Shown: positions 20,596-31,147 of the stretch, piece after piece | How positions within the stretch are numbered: the first letter of the stretch is position 1 | How the letters are laid out: each line of letters starts with the position of its first letter | NCBI GenBank assembly: GCA_965204565.1 | Contig: CBDBEU010000003.1 | Location: 591,305 to 655,304 of the forward strand | Source: Hyphomicrobiales bacterium | Lineage (GTDB): Bacteria > Pseudomonadota > Alphaproteobacteria > Rhizobiales > TMED25 | DNA length: 64,000 bases | Direction of reading: 5' to 3' | The notes under the pieces: generated by a model | Seen by the model: only the letters and a program-made list of their open reading frames with translations | Databases searched by the model: none | What the model was told of the DNA's origin: nothing | Position numbers and translations under genes: made by a program

Positions 20596-21090
20596 GTGAT
20601 GTTCAATTCTGCATTTACGCGGTGGACCAGGAGTGACGGTCTGCGCTGCCTTGGCCTCACATTTGCTTGCACCTTGATATTGGCAGGCTGTCAGACCGCC
20701 CAATATCCGGAAATTCAGCAGACCGGCTCGCTGCGCGCCTTCCGCGCCGCCGACCACCACCCGACCGTGGTTGAGCCTAGCGAAGTCCAGCTTGAGATCG
20801 AACTGCCCGGTTACACCCGCGGCTTGTCACCGCGTCAGGTCAATCAGGTTCGCCAATTCCTTGCCAATTTCCGATCCCTGGGCGAGGGCGAGCTTGTGTT
20901 TACAGTCCCCAGCGGCACCGCAAACGAGGCATCGGCCCACGCCGGGGTGAGCAAGGTGCGAAACCTCATCACCCAGGCCAGAATCGCCAAGACCGCAGTA
21001 CGCTATGTGCCCTATCGCGGCACCGGTGCGGGAGCCGAGCCACCGATCATCCTGTCGTTTGAGCGCTATTGCGCCAAACCCAGCGAATGT
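20596..21090 (+). pseudogene. cpaD: CpaD-family Tad/Flp pilus assembly lipoprotein, C-terminus deleted
   Basis: A lipobox LILAGC is present. HHPTVVEPSEVQLEIELP…LVFTVPSGTANEASA…PPIILSFERYCAKPSECG follows the CpaD pattern up to the conserved CG, where the sequence switches to mid-cpaE. Confidence 0.7.
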
Positions 21091-22015
21091 GGTCCTCTAC
21101 CGTGAACTGATCCGGTGCGGCATCAGTGATTATGTAATTGCGCCGATTTCGGTCCTGCAGATCATCGATTCCATTGGCGCGATTTATGAAGACCCGGAAA
21201 AGGGTCTGTCCAGCAGTGCGATCGCGTTCATCGGCGCTAAGGGCGGCGTTGGATCGAGCACCATTGCACACAACATCTCATGAGCGATCGCCGAGCTCAT
21301 CGGCTAGGATGTGGTGATCGCCGATCTTGATCTCGCTTTCAACACCGTCGGTCTCGACTTCAATCAGAATGCGCCCCAGGGCATTGCCGATGCGCTCAAT
21401 TCGCCTGATCGGCTGGATGAAGTCCTGCTCGACCGGCTGTTGTCCCAATGCACCGAAAAACTGAATCGCTTCACCGCGCCGAGCACGCTTGACCGCGAAT
21501 ACGACGTTGACCAGGAATCTCTTCAGTCGATTTTCGATTTGCTGCGCACGACCGCTCCGGTGATTTCACTCGACCTGCCGCATATGTGGACCGGCTGGAC
21601 CCGGCGCACCCTGCTTGACGCCGACCAGGTGCTCATCACTGCGGCGCCCGACCTTGCCAATCTGCGCAATGCCAAGAACCTGTTCGACATCTTGCGTGCC
21701 CAGCGGCCCAATGATCGCCGCCCGCCCTATCTGGTGCTCAATCAGATAGCGATGCCAAAGCGTCCCGAGATCAGCCTGCGCGATTTTTCCGATGCGCTGT
21801 CGGCAGAACCTGTTCTGACCATCCAGTTCGACCCGCAACTATTCGGTACCGCAGCCAATAACGGCCAGATGATTGCCGAGCTGCCGAGCGGCGCCAAGGT
21901 CGCAGGTGGTTTTGCAGATCTTGCCAAGCTGATTACCGGACGGGGTGTGGCCAAGAAGGCGCGTAAGGCACGCTTCCCGGGCCTCAAGCTCGATCTGTTC
22001 CGCAAGAAGGGGTGA
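21091..22015 (+). pseudogene. cpaE: CpaE (Tad pilus ParA/MinD-like ATPase), N-terminal domain deleted and with internal stop/frameshift
   Basis: VVLYRELIRCGISDYVIAPIS…IAFIGAKGGVGSSTIAHNIS is followed by a stop at 21281-83. The C-terminal 234 codons resume at 21311..22015 in a different frame. Confidence 0.75.
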
Positions 22016-22018
22016 AAC

Positions 22019-22077
22019 ATGTTTGGCCAGCGTTCAAGCTTCAATGAACAGCCCGTAGCGCCGGCTGCCGCGCCGCC
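22019..22077 (+). pseudogene. cpaF: Possible first ~20 codons of cpaF, cut by an IS630 fragment
   Basis: An ATG lies 4 nt after the cpaE stop (MFGQRSSFNEQPVAPAAAPPPP), then similarity to the IS630 copy at 48.2 kb begins. The call rests on position and an MFGKR-like start only. Confidence 0.3.
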
Positions 22078-22647
22078 GCCGCCGGCGGATGTGGAAGGCC
22101 GCCCAGCCCTTCATCGATCCTGAGCGTCCGGTCTTGTTCGATGAGACCGGCGTCAACACCAGGATGGCCCGCCTCTACGGTTGGGCGCCGGTCGGCGAGC
22201 GCTGCCGGGACAGCGTACCCTTCGGCCACTGGAAGACGATGACTTTCATTGCCGGCCCTCTCCTCTCAGGCCTCACGGCCCCCGGGTCCTCGATGGTCCG
22301 ATGAATGACCAGGCTTTTCGCGTCTATATTGAGGAGGTACCGGCACCGACCCCGACACGCGGCGATGTTGTGGTGCTCGACAACCTGCCTGCCCATAAGG
22401 TCACCGGCATCCGTCAGATCATCGCCTCCCCACGCGCCCGGATCTTCTATCTGCCGCCCTACAGCCCCGACATGAACCCCATCGCAATGGCCTTTGCCAG
22501 GCTCAAGGCGCTGCTCGGGCAAGTTCCGGCCCGAACCGTCGACGCCCTCGTTGAACGCATCGGCTGCACTATCGACTGCTTCCTCCCGGCCGAATGCGAA
22601 AACGTCTTCCACGCCGCAGGATATCAACGCTCAATGTGAAAATGCCC
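22078..22647 (+). mobile_element. IS630-family element (type 2), 3' half only
   Basis: Closely similar, with scattered substitutions, to 48235..48828 (…FIDPERPVLFDETGVNTRMARLYGWAPVG…YLPPYSPDMNPIAMAFARLKALL…). The right end AAAATGCCC is followed by TA. Confidence 0.85.
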
Positions 22648-23078
22648 TAATTGAGGAATGCCGGACGTCCCAATTCGATCTGGCCTGCGGCCTCGATGCT
22701 ATCTAGCCAGTCGGTCGCCCGTTTGCTCGATAGATCCGCGCAGGGAGCGCCGGCAACCATCGCGGCAGCCCTGATCGATGCGGCAGCGGTGCGTTCGGCA
22801 GACAGCCATCCGAGCAGATGGCTGCGCGCAACTTTGAGCATGGCATCAAGTGTGACGACCACAACCACCGCCGAGATCAATACGATCAGCGTTTCAAGCG
22901 ACTGATTGGGGATGATTCGATCATAAATCTGCAGGACCACCAGAGGCAAAGCCAGGTTCAAGATATTCGATGCAAGGCTCGCAAGAATGGCCGAGCGCGG
23001 CAGAGCGGTCAGATCAAATATCGAATAATCTCGGCCTAACGACCCGCTTTTCCGATCCGCTGGGGCATCGTGGTTCAT
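22647..23078 (-). pseudogene. Type I secretion system permease/ATPase (PrtD/HlyB-like ABC exporter), N-terminal ~140 codons only
   Basis: SAILASLASNILNLALPLVVLQIYDRIIPNQSLETLIVL is the characteristic first TM segment of T1SS ABC exporters. The frame ends at the IS630 junction. Confidence 0.65.
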
Positions 23079-23299
23079 TGCGGTTCAAATCCGCCATTGC
23101 TCATGAAATGCCTAGCACGCAATCGCCACCGTGACCAAAGACAAGCGCGCCAGCTTCTACCAATATGACACTTTGGTTATGCGTTGATTAACCGTGAGCG
23201 CGGGCGCAACGGACCGGCACGCCCGGCTGCGGCCGATGTCCAATTCCCTGCCAACAGTCGGGCTGCACCCAGTGCAGTTGGTCTAAGACGACAAGACCT

Positions 23300-25146
23300 C
23301 TAGCGCGACACCATTTCGGCAACCACCTTGCGCTCCTTGCTCTTTTCAACCGGGCGCGGATGCAAGATGTGATCGGCGGAAATCGGCGGATGACTTGCCC
23401 GTTCGATCGGCTGGAACATCAGGCGGATACCCCAGCGCAGTGTACGGAAATAAGTGAAGGTCAGCCCGGCAATGCCAAAGGCTTGGAACATCGCATCGGT
23501 GAAGTGCCGCTTGAATTTGCGGGCAAGTCCGATCTGCGGATTGTCGCGCGCAATCGCGCGATCGAAGGTATTCAGCGGCGCCCAGGATTTGGGTGCGACC
23601 AGCGACCAGATAAGGTGCACGGGATTGTAAAAATAGGTAAGGCGGCGAGCAGATTGAACTGGCGCGTCCATGGGCGTTTGTGGTTTGAGGCAATTACATA
23701 ATTGCCATCGAGAATATGGGGCACGATCGGGGAGTCACCGACACGTAGGAACGCGGTGCCAAAGGTGTAGGTATTGACGAACCATTGTGAACCCGCCGGT
23801 GGCGTCAGCATGGTGATCTGCACCGACATGGAGCCGGCTTTGCGCAGCGCCCGCATCTGATTGATCAGGCCATAATTGCTCTTGAAAGTAACTAGCGGCT
23901 GCTTGTCGTGGTGCATCATCAGCAGCATTGGGTTGATGCCGTTTTCGCGCATCACCTTGAACGCCTCGAGTGTCTTGTCTTCGCTTTGCCCTTCTTAACT
24001 AGGGTCGCGGTGATGTCCTCGACCCCCAGCCACATATAGTTGACACCGGCCTTGCGGATCAGCGGCAAGTGGTCGCGCATGCGCAAAGTATCATGCACGG
24101 TGGCCTCGGTGCCGATCCTGATGCAGTCGAACTGATCGCCGCGCTCGGATGCCCGGCGCGCGAGATGCTCAACAATGTCCAGCGTGCGCTCGGTGCGATA
24201 AAAGATGCGAATGCCATAGGTGTCGAACACTTCGGCGATCTCGCCAGCAATGCGCTCACCACTCTTGGTTTGGTATTGTGACTGATTGTATGCTGGGATC
24301 GGGCAGTATTTGCATCGGAACTTGCAGCCGAATGTGAGCACCGTGGTCGATATCGTCGCCAGCGCACCGACCTTGTTGGCCGCAAGTGCGTGCGAGGTGA
24401 GCGTCGGCAATTTGCTTGGCGGCTCGATCAGCCGGTAGCCATGCACCATGTTCGGCAGTTCATCGAGATCGCCAAGAAGACGCTGAACGCCGGTATCCAC
24501 CAACCCTTCGGTCGGGCCGTCGAGTTTGCTCGAACGAGCATAGACGAGACCTGCAATGGCGTCGAGCGCGCAAGAAGACCTGTCGCATCGTTTCCTTTTC
24601 GACCTTCATCGAAAAAAGCACATCAAGCAGGCTCAATAGAACAAATTCTTCGCCGGTCACCGCGACATCGGCAGCCTAAAGATTGTCCGCATCAGCGCCA
24701 AACACACACCAGGGTTCGTAGATCACGCGCGAGCCGCCAGCGATGATCAGCGGGCGCTGATCGGGCGGAAACTGGCATGTTTCATGAATCAGCCGGTCGC
24801 ATTCCGATCCATGCAAATGCATGCTCGATCCCATGAAGATGTCCGGCACGCATCCATCAATACGCATCTGTAGCGGACTGAATTTCTTGTTCCACTGCTG
24901 GAGTACGATGCGGGTCTTTTCAAACCCCGCATCGGCAAGGGCAGAACCGATTGCCCGCACCCCTGACGGCGCCACCTTGAAGTCGTAAAAAACGAAGGGA
25001 AGCACGCGCGTGCGGTGGTCAAACGCATAGGCAATGACGATCGCCAGATCATGTTTTTGTGCATGGGCGTGCACGCGTCCGCGCATACGGATCATCTCGC
25101 CGGGAGGCAACAATTCGTCGCCCCGCGGACGCCTGGGAAGCTCCAT
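23300..25146 (-). pseudogene. B12-binding-domain radical SAM enzyme, broken into at least 5 frames
   Basis: An N-terminal B12-binding-like region (24676..25146) is followed by the radical SAM cluster motif GCKFRCKYCPIP (in 23952..24503). Further pieces are at 24560-24660, 23572..23955 and 23300..23671. Together they cover ~615 codons. Confidence 0.75.
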
Positions 25147-25394
25147 GCAGTGTACTCCTCAACAAGTGCCCGGCTTGGCGGCAACCCGAAATTGGAAGCC
25201 TAGGGCACTACAATCAGGCATGCGCAAGTCTCGCAGAGCCCTATTCGGACCGCAAGTCATTGCACCGCCGCTGGCAGCATTTCGCCGCGGCAAACACAGT
25301 GAACGCTGCGTCAAAAGCGCCGAGCCCCCCGCATCGCCGCTATACAGAGCACCAACAACCGCCGGAAATATGGCGGCGGCAATCGAGGCGCTGA

Positions 25395-25850
25395 TCAGGC
25401 CCGGGCACGCTGGCGGGCCAAGCGCTCGCGGTGAAACACATAAAGGCCGACCAGCGTAATCAGCACCATTCCGGCCAGCGACGTGATGCCCGGAACATCG
25501 CCCCAGACCAGATAGCCAACAATCAGCCCCCACAAAATCACCGAATAGCGGAAGGGCGCGGTCAGCGAAATCTCGCCAAGCCGGATCGCCACCACGGAAT
25601 AATGATAGGCGCCGAGGAGCGCGCAGGCGGCCGCCGCTATCATCACAAGGTCGGTGGTATCGGGTTGGGTCCAACTGCCAAAGACAACCGACACGACAGC
25701 CCCAGTCAGGCCGACAAAGATGGCCGATGCCAGGGTGACGATCAGCGAGGGGACTTCAGCGGCGATCTTGCGCGTCACAATATCGCGACCAGCGATGGTG
25801 AGCGTCGCGGCAAAGGCCAAAAGCCCGTATTCGTTCTGGTCGCTGACCAG
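25395..25850 (-). pseudogene. DMT (EamA-like) transporter, C-terminal half only
   Basis: TM-rich …LTGAVVSVVFGSWTQPD…APFRYSVILWGLIVGYLVWGDVP…LVGLYVFHRERL. The N-terminal half is replaced by an IS1380 fragment. Confidence 0.7.
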
Positions 25851-26224
25851 CCTGCGGACCCGCCTCATCAAGATCGGAGCGCGGGTCGTCCGCCACGCCC
25901 GAGCCATCACGTTCCAACCGGCCGAGGCGGCTGTCGGCGGCGCTCTGTTCACCCGCATCCTTGCGGCCATCCAACGGCTCCGTGCGCCGCCGGTACCGGC
26001 ATGACGGTGTCGGCGATCAAACCTTGGCGAAAGCGGCTCGACGGGCCTGACCCAACGGGTGCCGGTCAGACCGAATTCCAGTTCAAGCCCGTTGCAGCAG
26101 ACATAAATCGCGCCCGGTTCACGAACCGGATGCCCGAACCACGACACAGCCCGCCCAAGAGGCTTGATCCGTACGCAAAACAGCGGCAGCATGATCGAAA
26201 TGGCGTTCTAATCGGGGAATGTCC
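25850..26224 (+). mobile_element. IS1380-family element, terminal 3' ~375 bp (copy 3)
   Basis: Matches the 3' ends of the copies at 13926 and 29647, including the terminal GGCGTTCTAATCGGGGAATGTC. Confidence 0.85.
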
Positions 26225-26639
26225 GGTAAAGTTTTCCGGTTTCAGGTCCTGTTGAGCCATGGAAACGCGGTCTTTGTTGACCAAACCCCCCAGAAATTGA
26301 GTGAACAACCGTTAGGAATCCGGGGCCGCCATCGTATTCCCTCCATGCCTCGACGAGAATAGGCATCCATGAAGCTGCGAAGTGCTCCGCTTGGTTGAGG
26401 GTGGGGTAAGATTTCGTGCGGCTGGTCCACTATTGCCCGGCGTATGTTGCGGCACTTTGGCCAAAATGCGCTTTATCGACTCAATGCGAGGCCGGCATGA
26501 TCGGCATCTGAAGCAGTGACCATCGCCAGCTCATGAGGATCGCGCCATACCGTCAATCGGGTGACCACTCTTGCACCGACCGGCTCGCCGCGCTTTATCT
26601 GCCAGCCAGTGCGCCAGTTAAAAAGGGCAGACCAGAAAC

Positions 26640-27551
26640 ATGAACGACACAATCGATCCTGAACGCATTGTCGTTACCAAAACCGTCGATGGCCACCCAG
26701 TTGAGTTCATCTATGTGGAGACCTGGGATGGCCTTTATACGCCGATCGGCGTGCGCAAGCCCGAGGGCAAGGGGCCGTTTCCGATTGTGCTGCTGGCAAG
26801 CGGCAATGGCGGGGAGGGCATGGGCTGGATCCGCAATGCGGTGCACAATCGCGGCTACATCATGGATCGGCTGGCTGAGGCCGGATATGCCAGCGCCTGG
26901 ATCAGATATCGCACCGAAGTCGAGCTCGGCTACAACGACTGCGGTAATCTGGTGCGCGATGTGCGTCAGGGGCGCGAGCTGTTCAACCGCTCACCGCTCG
27001 AATATGAGGACGAGATCGCGATCATCGAGCATGTCAAGACGCTGGACTATGTTGCGCCCGATCGGATCGGATTGGTCGGCATGAGCCATGGCGGCGAGAT
27101 GGTGCTGAAGATCGCCTCTGAATATCACGGCGTGGCTGCGGCCGTGGCCAGCGAACCGGCATCGCACGAATATCTGGCGCTGACGCCCGATGACAGTGCC
27201 TTCGTCAACGATGAAACCCAGCTGCGCAACATCGAGAACATGCAGATGGCCGAGGTCGACAAAGTGCGCCGGCTGATCGATATGGAAGTTGCGATGGCCC
27301 GCATCAATGCCATCGACACGCCGATCCTAGTGATGGGCCGTGAAGACGACCATCTGCAGGGCATTTTTCGCACCACCTACGAGCTGCTGAATGAAGCGGG
27401 CAAGGACGTCGAATGGGTGTCATTCGAACATGACATCCACGGATATATCTATCCTGAACGTGGCACCGATGGTGGCTATGCGGTGGATGATGTTCAGCTG
27501 GAGGCGATCGGTAGCATCATTTCCTATCTGGGCCGGCACTTGAAAGCCTGA
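26640..27551 (+). CDS. Alpha/beta hydrolase (dienelactone hydrolase / S9 peptidase-like)
   Basis: 303 aa with the nucleophile elbow GMSHGG. Downstream acidic and His residues (…GREDDHL…, …EHDIHGY…) are placed as in a catalytic triad. Confidence 0.8.
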   Translation: MNDTIDPERIVVTKTVDGHPVEFIYVETWDGLYTPIGVRKPEGKGPFPIVLLASGNGGEGMGWIRNAVHNRGYIMDRLAEAGYASAWIRYRTEVELGYNDCGNLVRDVRQGRELFNRSPLEYEDEIAIIEHVKTLDYVAPDRIGLVGMSHGGEMVLKIASEYHGVAAAVASEPASHEYLALTPDDSAFVNDETQLRNIENMQMAEVDKVRRLIDMEVAMARINAIDTPILVMGREDDHLQGIFRTTYELLNEAGKDVEWVSFEHDIHGYIYPERGTDGGYAVDDVQLEAIGSIISYLGRHLKA

Positions 27552-27601
27552 TCGCAGGCTGCCGCGCGCATCGGTCAAACCGAATCTCATGAGTGTCCCG
27601 G

Positions 27602-28619
27602 CTATTCCTCCAGCCGGTAAAGGCGAACAGCGTTGTTGTGAAACAGCCTTGCCTTGTCATCGGTTGATGCACCTTGCGCGATGCGCTTGAAGCTGTTCCA
27701 GATGATGCCGTAACCGCAGCTCAGCTTGTCGACCGGGTAGTTCGATTCAAACATCGCTCGCTCCGGTCCGAAGGCATCGATAGCGTGCTCGATGAAGGGG
27801 CGGGTGGTTTCCGTCAACTCGCCTGAGCCCGGCAGTGTGGCACGGTCCTGCCAGCCAAAACCGTTGATATTCATGGAAATGCCGCCAAGCTTGATGGTGA
27901 CATTTTCGCAGCCGGCAAGATCGTTCAGCGCGTTTTGCCAGTGGCGGAAGGCCTCATTGCGGCGCTCGGCATAGGGCCCCAGGCCAAGCGGCCCGCCGGT
28001 GTGGTTCATGACGATGGCGGTTTGGGGAAAAGCGCGCGCAAGGCTTGTCACATCGCCCAACTAGGGGTGGTAGTACCAGGCCCTCGAAGGTCAGGCCGAG
28101 CGGTGCCAGATGAGAAAAACCTTCACGAAAGCTGCGGTCGAGATAAAGCCCCGGCGGCGGGTTGTTGAAGCCGTTGCAGATGGCATCGCTGGCATCCCAG
28201 CTGGCGGTGTGGCGGATGCCGCGAAAGCGGCTGCGGCCGAACTCGATATGGGCTTCAAATACGGCGCGGGCGCGCTTGCCGAGCCGCAGGTCGACATTGC
28301 CGATGATGCCGGCGGCCGCGCTCACCGCGCCGGTGGCGCTCTGTTCGGCCAGATCGGCAACGAATTCGGTCTCGCCCACAGGCTTCAACTCGGCTGGCTC
28401 GTCCTTGCGGTATTCGGACCGGCATTCGATGAACACCGTGGAGGTGATGTTGTGGCCGCAGGTGAGGTCGGCCATCAGATCGTCCAGCAGGTAGCGGTTG
28501 TTGCGGATGTGATTGCTGTTGCGGTGGACCCAGAAATGGTGGTGCGGATCGCAGATCGGTAGATCGGGCTTGAGCGCGTCCTCCACCACCTGCTCGATCC
28601 ATCTGTGATCCCTGATCAT
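27602..28619 (-). pseudogene. Amidohydrolase-2 family protein with a frameshift and an in-frame stop
   Basis: The N-terminal metal-binding motif is ICDPHHHFW and the C-terminal half reads …IVMNHTGGP…ESNYPVD…. There is an in-frame TAG (complement of 28061-63) immediately upstream of ORF 27602..28060, and a frame change at ~28070-28085. Confidence 0.8.
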
Positions 28620-28665
28620 GGCTCAAATCCGATCTCTTGGTTGCGCGCCGTATTGCGAGCCCGTC

Positions 28666-29504
28666 TCAACCTTCTAGGGTGGCGCGGAATTCATCCCAAT
28701 TGGCCATGCGCCGATTGCCGAACTGGGTTGGCGGCTGCGGCGACATCACTTCAAGCCAGCGGCATGGCATGCCGCGGTTCATGTAAAAGCCGTGCGGCGC
28801 GCCGACGCCCGACCAGGCGATGGTGCCGGGGGTGAGCACATATTCCTTGCCCGCGGCGGTAAACGTCACCTCGCCCTCGAGCACCAAATAGGCTTCCTCG
28901 AAATTGTGGTCGTGTGTACTGGTCTGGCCGCCTTCATCGAACTCGATGATGAACATGTCGAACTGGTGCGCGCCCAGCACCTTGTCGATCAGCAGCTTCT
29001 TCGACCAACCACACATATGCTTGTCGACCCGGTGTTCGGGGGCAGCTGGCTGGGGTCGAAATGGCCGACCATGCGCTTGAGCGGCACGGTGACGGGGTCG
29101 GCCTTGGCCCCTTCCGGGGCCATTCCAGCGCCGGGGCAAAGAAGCTGTCCTGCCACTTGTCAGCCTCCTTGGGGCGCGGCGCGCATTTTTCGATGAAGCG
29201 CACTGGATTGGCCGAGACATTGCGGAAAGAATGGGGGTGCCGATCGGAATCAGCGCGAAATCATGATGGCCGAGCGCGAACAACTCACCATTGCGGTTGA
29301 GCTCAACCTCGCCTTCGGTAATGAAAATGCCTTTTTCAAATGAGTGAATGTAGGCATCGATGGTGCCGCCGGGCGCTAGCTCGGCAATGCGGAAGCCCAT
29401 ATGAACCGATTGCTCGGCGCGGCGGAAACCTTGCGCATGGCCATCGTAAAATGCCGGGGGGAGGAACAGGCTGCCCACGATGTCACGAAAGATATGAGCC
29501 ATGG
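28666..29504 (-). pseudogene. Bicupin protein; ORF is open but the central segment is out of frame
   Basis: Cupin-like ends are …GGTIDAYIHSFEKGIFITEGEVEL… and …THDHNFEEAYLVLEGEVTF…APHGFY…. The middle (…SAMSRPIQCASSKNARRAPRRLTSGRTASL…) is compositionally aberrant, while an alternative frame (28934..29203: RFIEKCAPRPKEADKWQDSFFAP…) looks native. The likely start is MAHIFRD at 29504. Confidence 0.6.
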
Positions 29505-29646
29505 CGAAATCCCCCGAACGTTTGAAATGTGTTCTGGTCCGCTGAAGCACAAGGCACAGGCAATCGTGGGGGGAAGTTGGCTCCGCCCGCAACATGGCCG
29601 TCACAATAGAGTTGTGCGCGCACCGGGGCGGGTCACGTATTATAAT

Positions 29647-31147
29647 CGACATTCCCCGATTAGAACGCCATTTCGATCATGCTGCCGCTGTTTTGCGTAC
29701 GGATCAAGCCTCTTGGGCGGGCCGTGTCGTGGTTCGTGAACCGGGCGCGATTTATGGCTGCTGCAACGGGCTTGAACCGGAAGTCGGTCTGACCGGCACC
29801 CGTCGGGTCAGACCCGTCGAGCCGCTTGCGCCAGGGTTTGATCGCCGACACCGTCATGTCGGTAGCGCTGGCCGGTACCGCTGACGCACGGAGCCGTTGG
29901 ATGGCCGTAAGGATGCGGGTGAACAGAGCGCCGCCGACAGCCGCCTCGGCCGGTTGGAACGTGACGGCTCGGGCGTGGCGGACGACCCGCGCTCCGATCC
30001 TGATGAGGCGGGGCCGCAGGCCGGTCGGCCGTCTCCTCCGGCAGATCGGCGCCCTGCAGGAAGACACCGGGATTGCAGGCCAATGCATGAAGCTGAAGCC
30101 GCACCTCGTTCCGCGCATGCCCTTGCAGGAAAGACGCGTCCGATTGATCGCCTGCCTGCCTTCCTCGATATGCTGTTCGGCGGTGCCGCGCTGGTTGTAG
30201 AACCGAATGATCCGGTCCGGCTCCATCGGCGGCTTGGTGACCACGAAGCCGATCTTCGGGAACAAGTCACCCCGATGCCGCTCGACCTCGGCGACGACCC
30301 GCCATGGTTTGTCCCGTGACGCGGCCTGATACTCGAAGTCGCCGCAGATGCGCCGCACATGGGTCGGCGGGCGATCCGCGGGGCGCTTGAGCACAGGCGC
30401 AATCCTGCTTTCCGGAACAACGGTCTTCCCGGGCCGGATGGCGCAGGAACAGCCTTCCGCCTCCGGCGTCTTCATAGAGCTCCGGGACGGCAAAAGCGGC
30501 ATCGGCCCGGAAGAACCGCATCAGCTCACGATCCGCATATCGCGCCAACACCGGCTTGAGCACATTTTCTCGGCCATCGGCGCTGTGAACATTGCCGGGG
30601 CGCAATGAACGGCGTTCGAGGCGGCCAAACCGGTTAAGGACGAACAAAGGGTGACGGCACATGCAGCCGAAATGCCCGTTCCAGGCGGTGCCTTCCTGAG
30701 CGCCATGGGGCCGGCCGGCAGACGCAGCCTCGGCATCAACGCCACGCCCTCCGACCACCTGCCGCATCACCGGATCAAGCGCCGGACGGTCCGCGTCGTT
30801 CACATCATCATATCCGGCCAATCGCCCGAAGACCGGCTGCCGCAAAAGCCCGACCACGGAATGCAGACGGTTGTGGACGCTTCGCGGATCTCCGAGAGGA
30901 CCGCCGGCAATATCGTGCAATCCCGGGGTCTCGTCCAACTCCCGGAACGGCAACGGGCCACCGTCGGAACCGATCTTCGAGCCATGGCATTCCAGCTACA
31001 CCCGACTGTCGAAACCGAGCCTGATATCACCCGTTTCGCCTGCACCCTGCGGGTGATCCGCCCCCTGCAGCCCGCACAAAATGCTGAAATATGACATGAT
31101 TACCGGCTGTCGGAGGCGCAAACGTCACGTTACCTGGGGAATATGGG
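29647..31147 (-). mobile_element. IS1380-family element (copy 4), the only copy with both termini; transposase frameshifted
   Basis: The right terminus is CGACATTCCCCGATTAGAACGCC at 29647. The left terminus is CACGTTACCTGGGGAATATGGG, ending at 31147. Transposase pieces are in at least 3 frames (29660..30502, 30267..30953). Confidence 0.9.

Noticed and set aside
26290-26640. Possible LysR-type regulator C-terminal remnant on the minus strand (WQIKRGEPVGARVVTRL…, …SGALRSFMDAY…)
   Set aside because: The similarity is only a vague pattern in two different frames. The N-terminal HTH part would have to overlap the intact hydrolase gene. The evidence is insufficient to call a feature.
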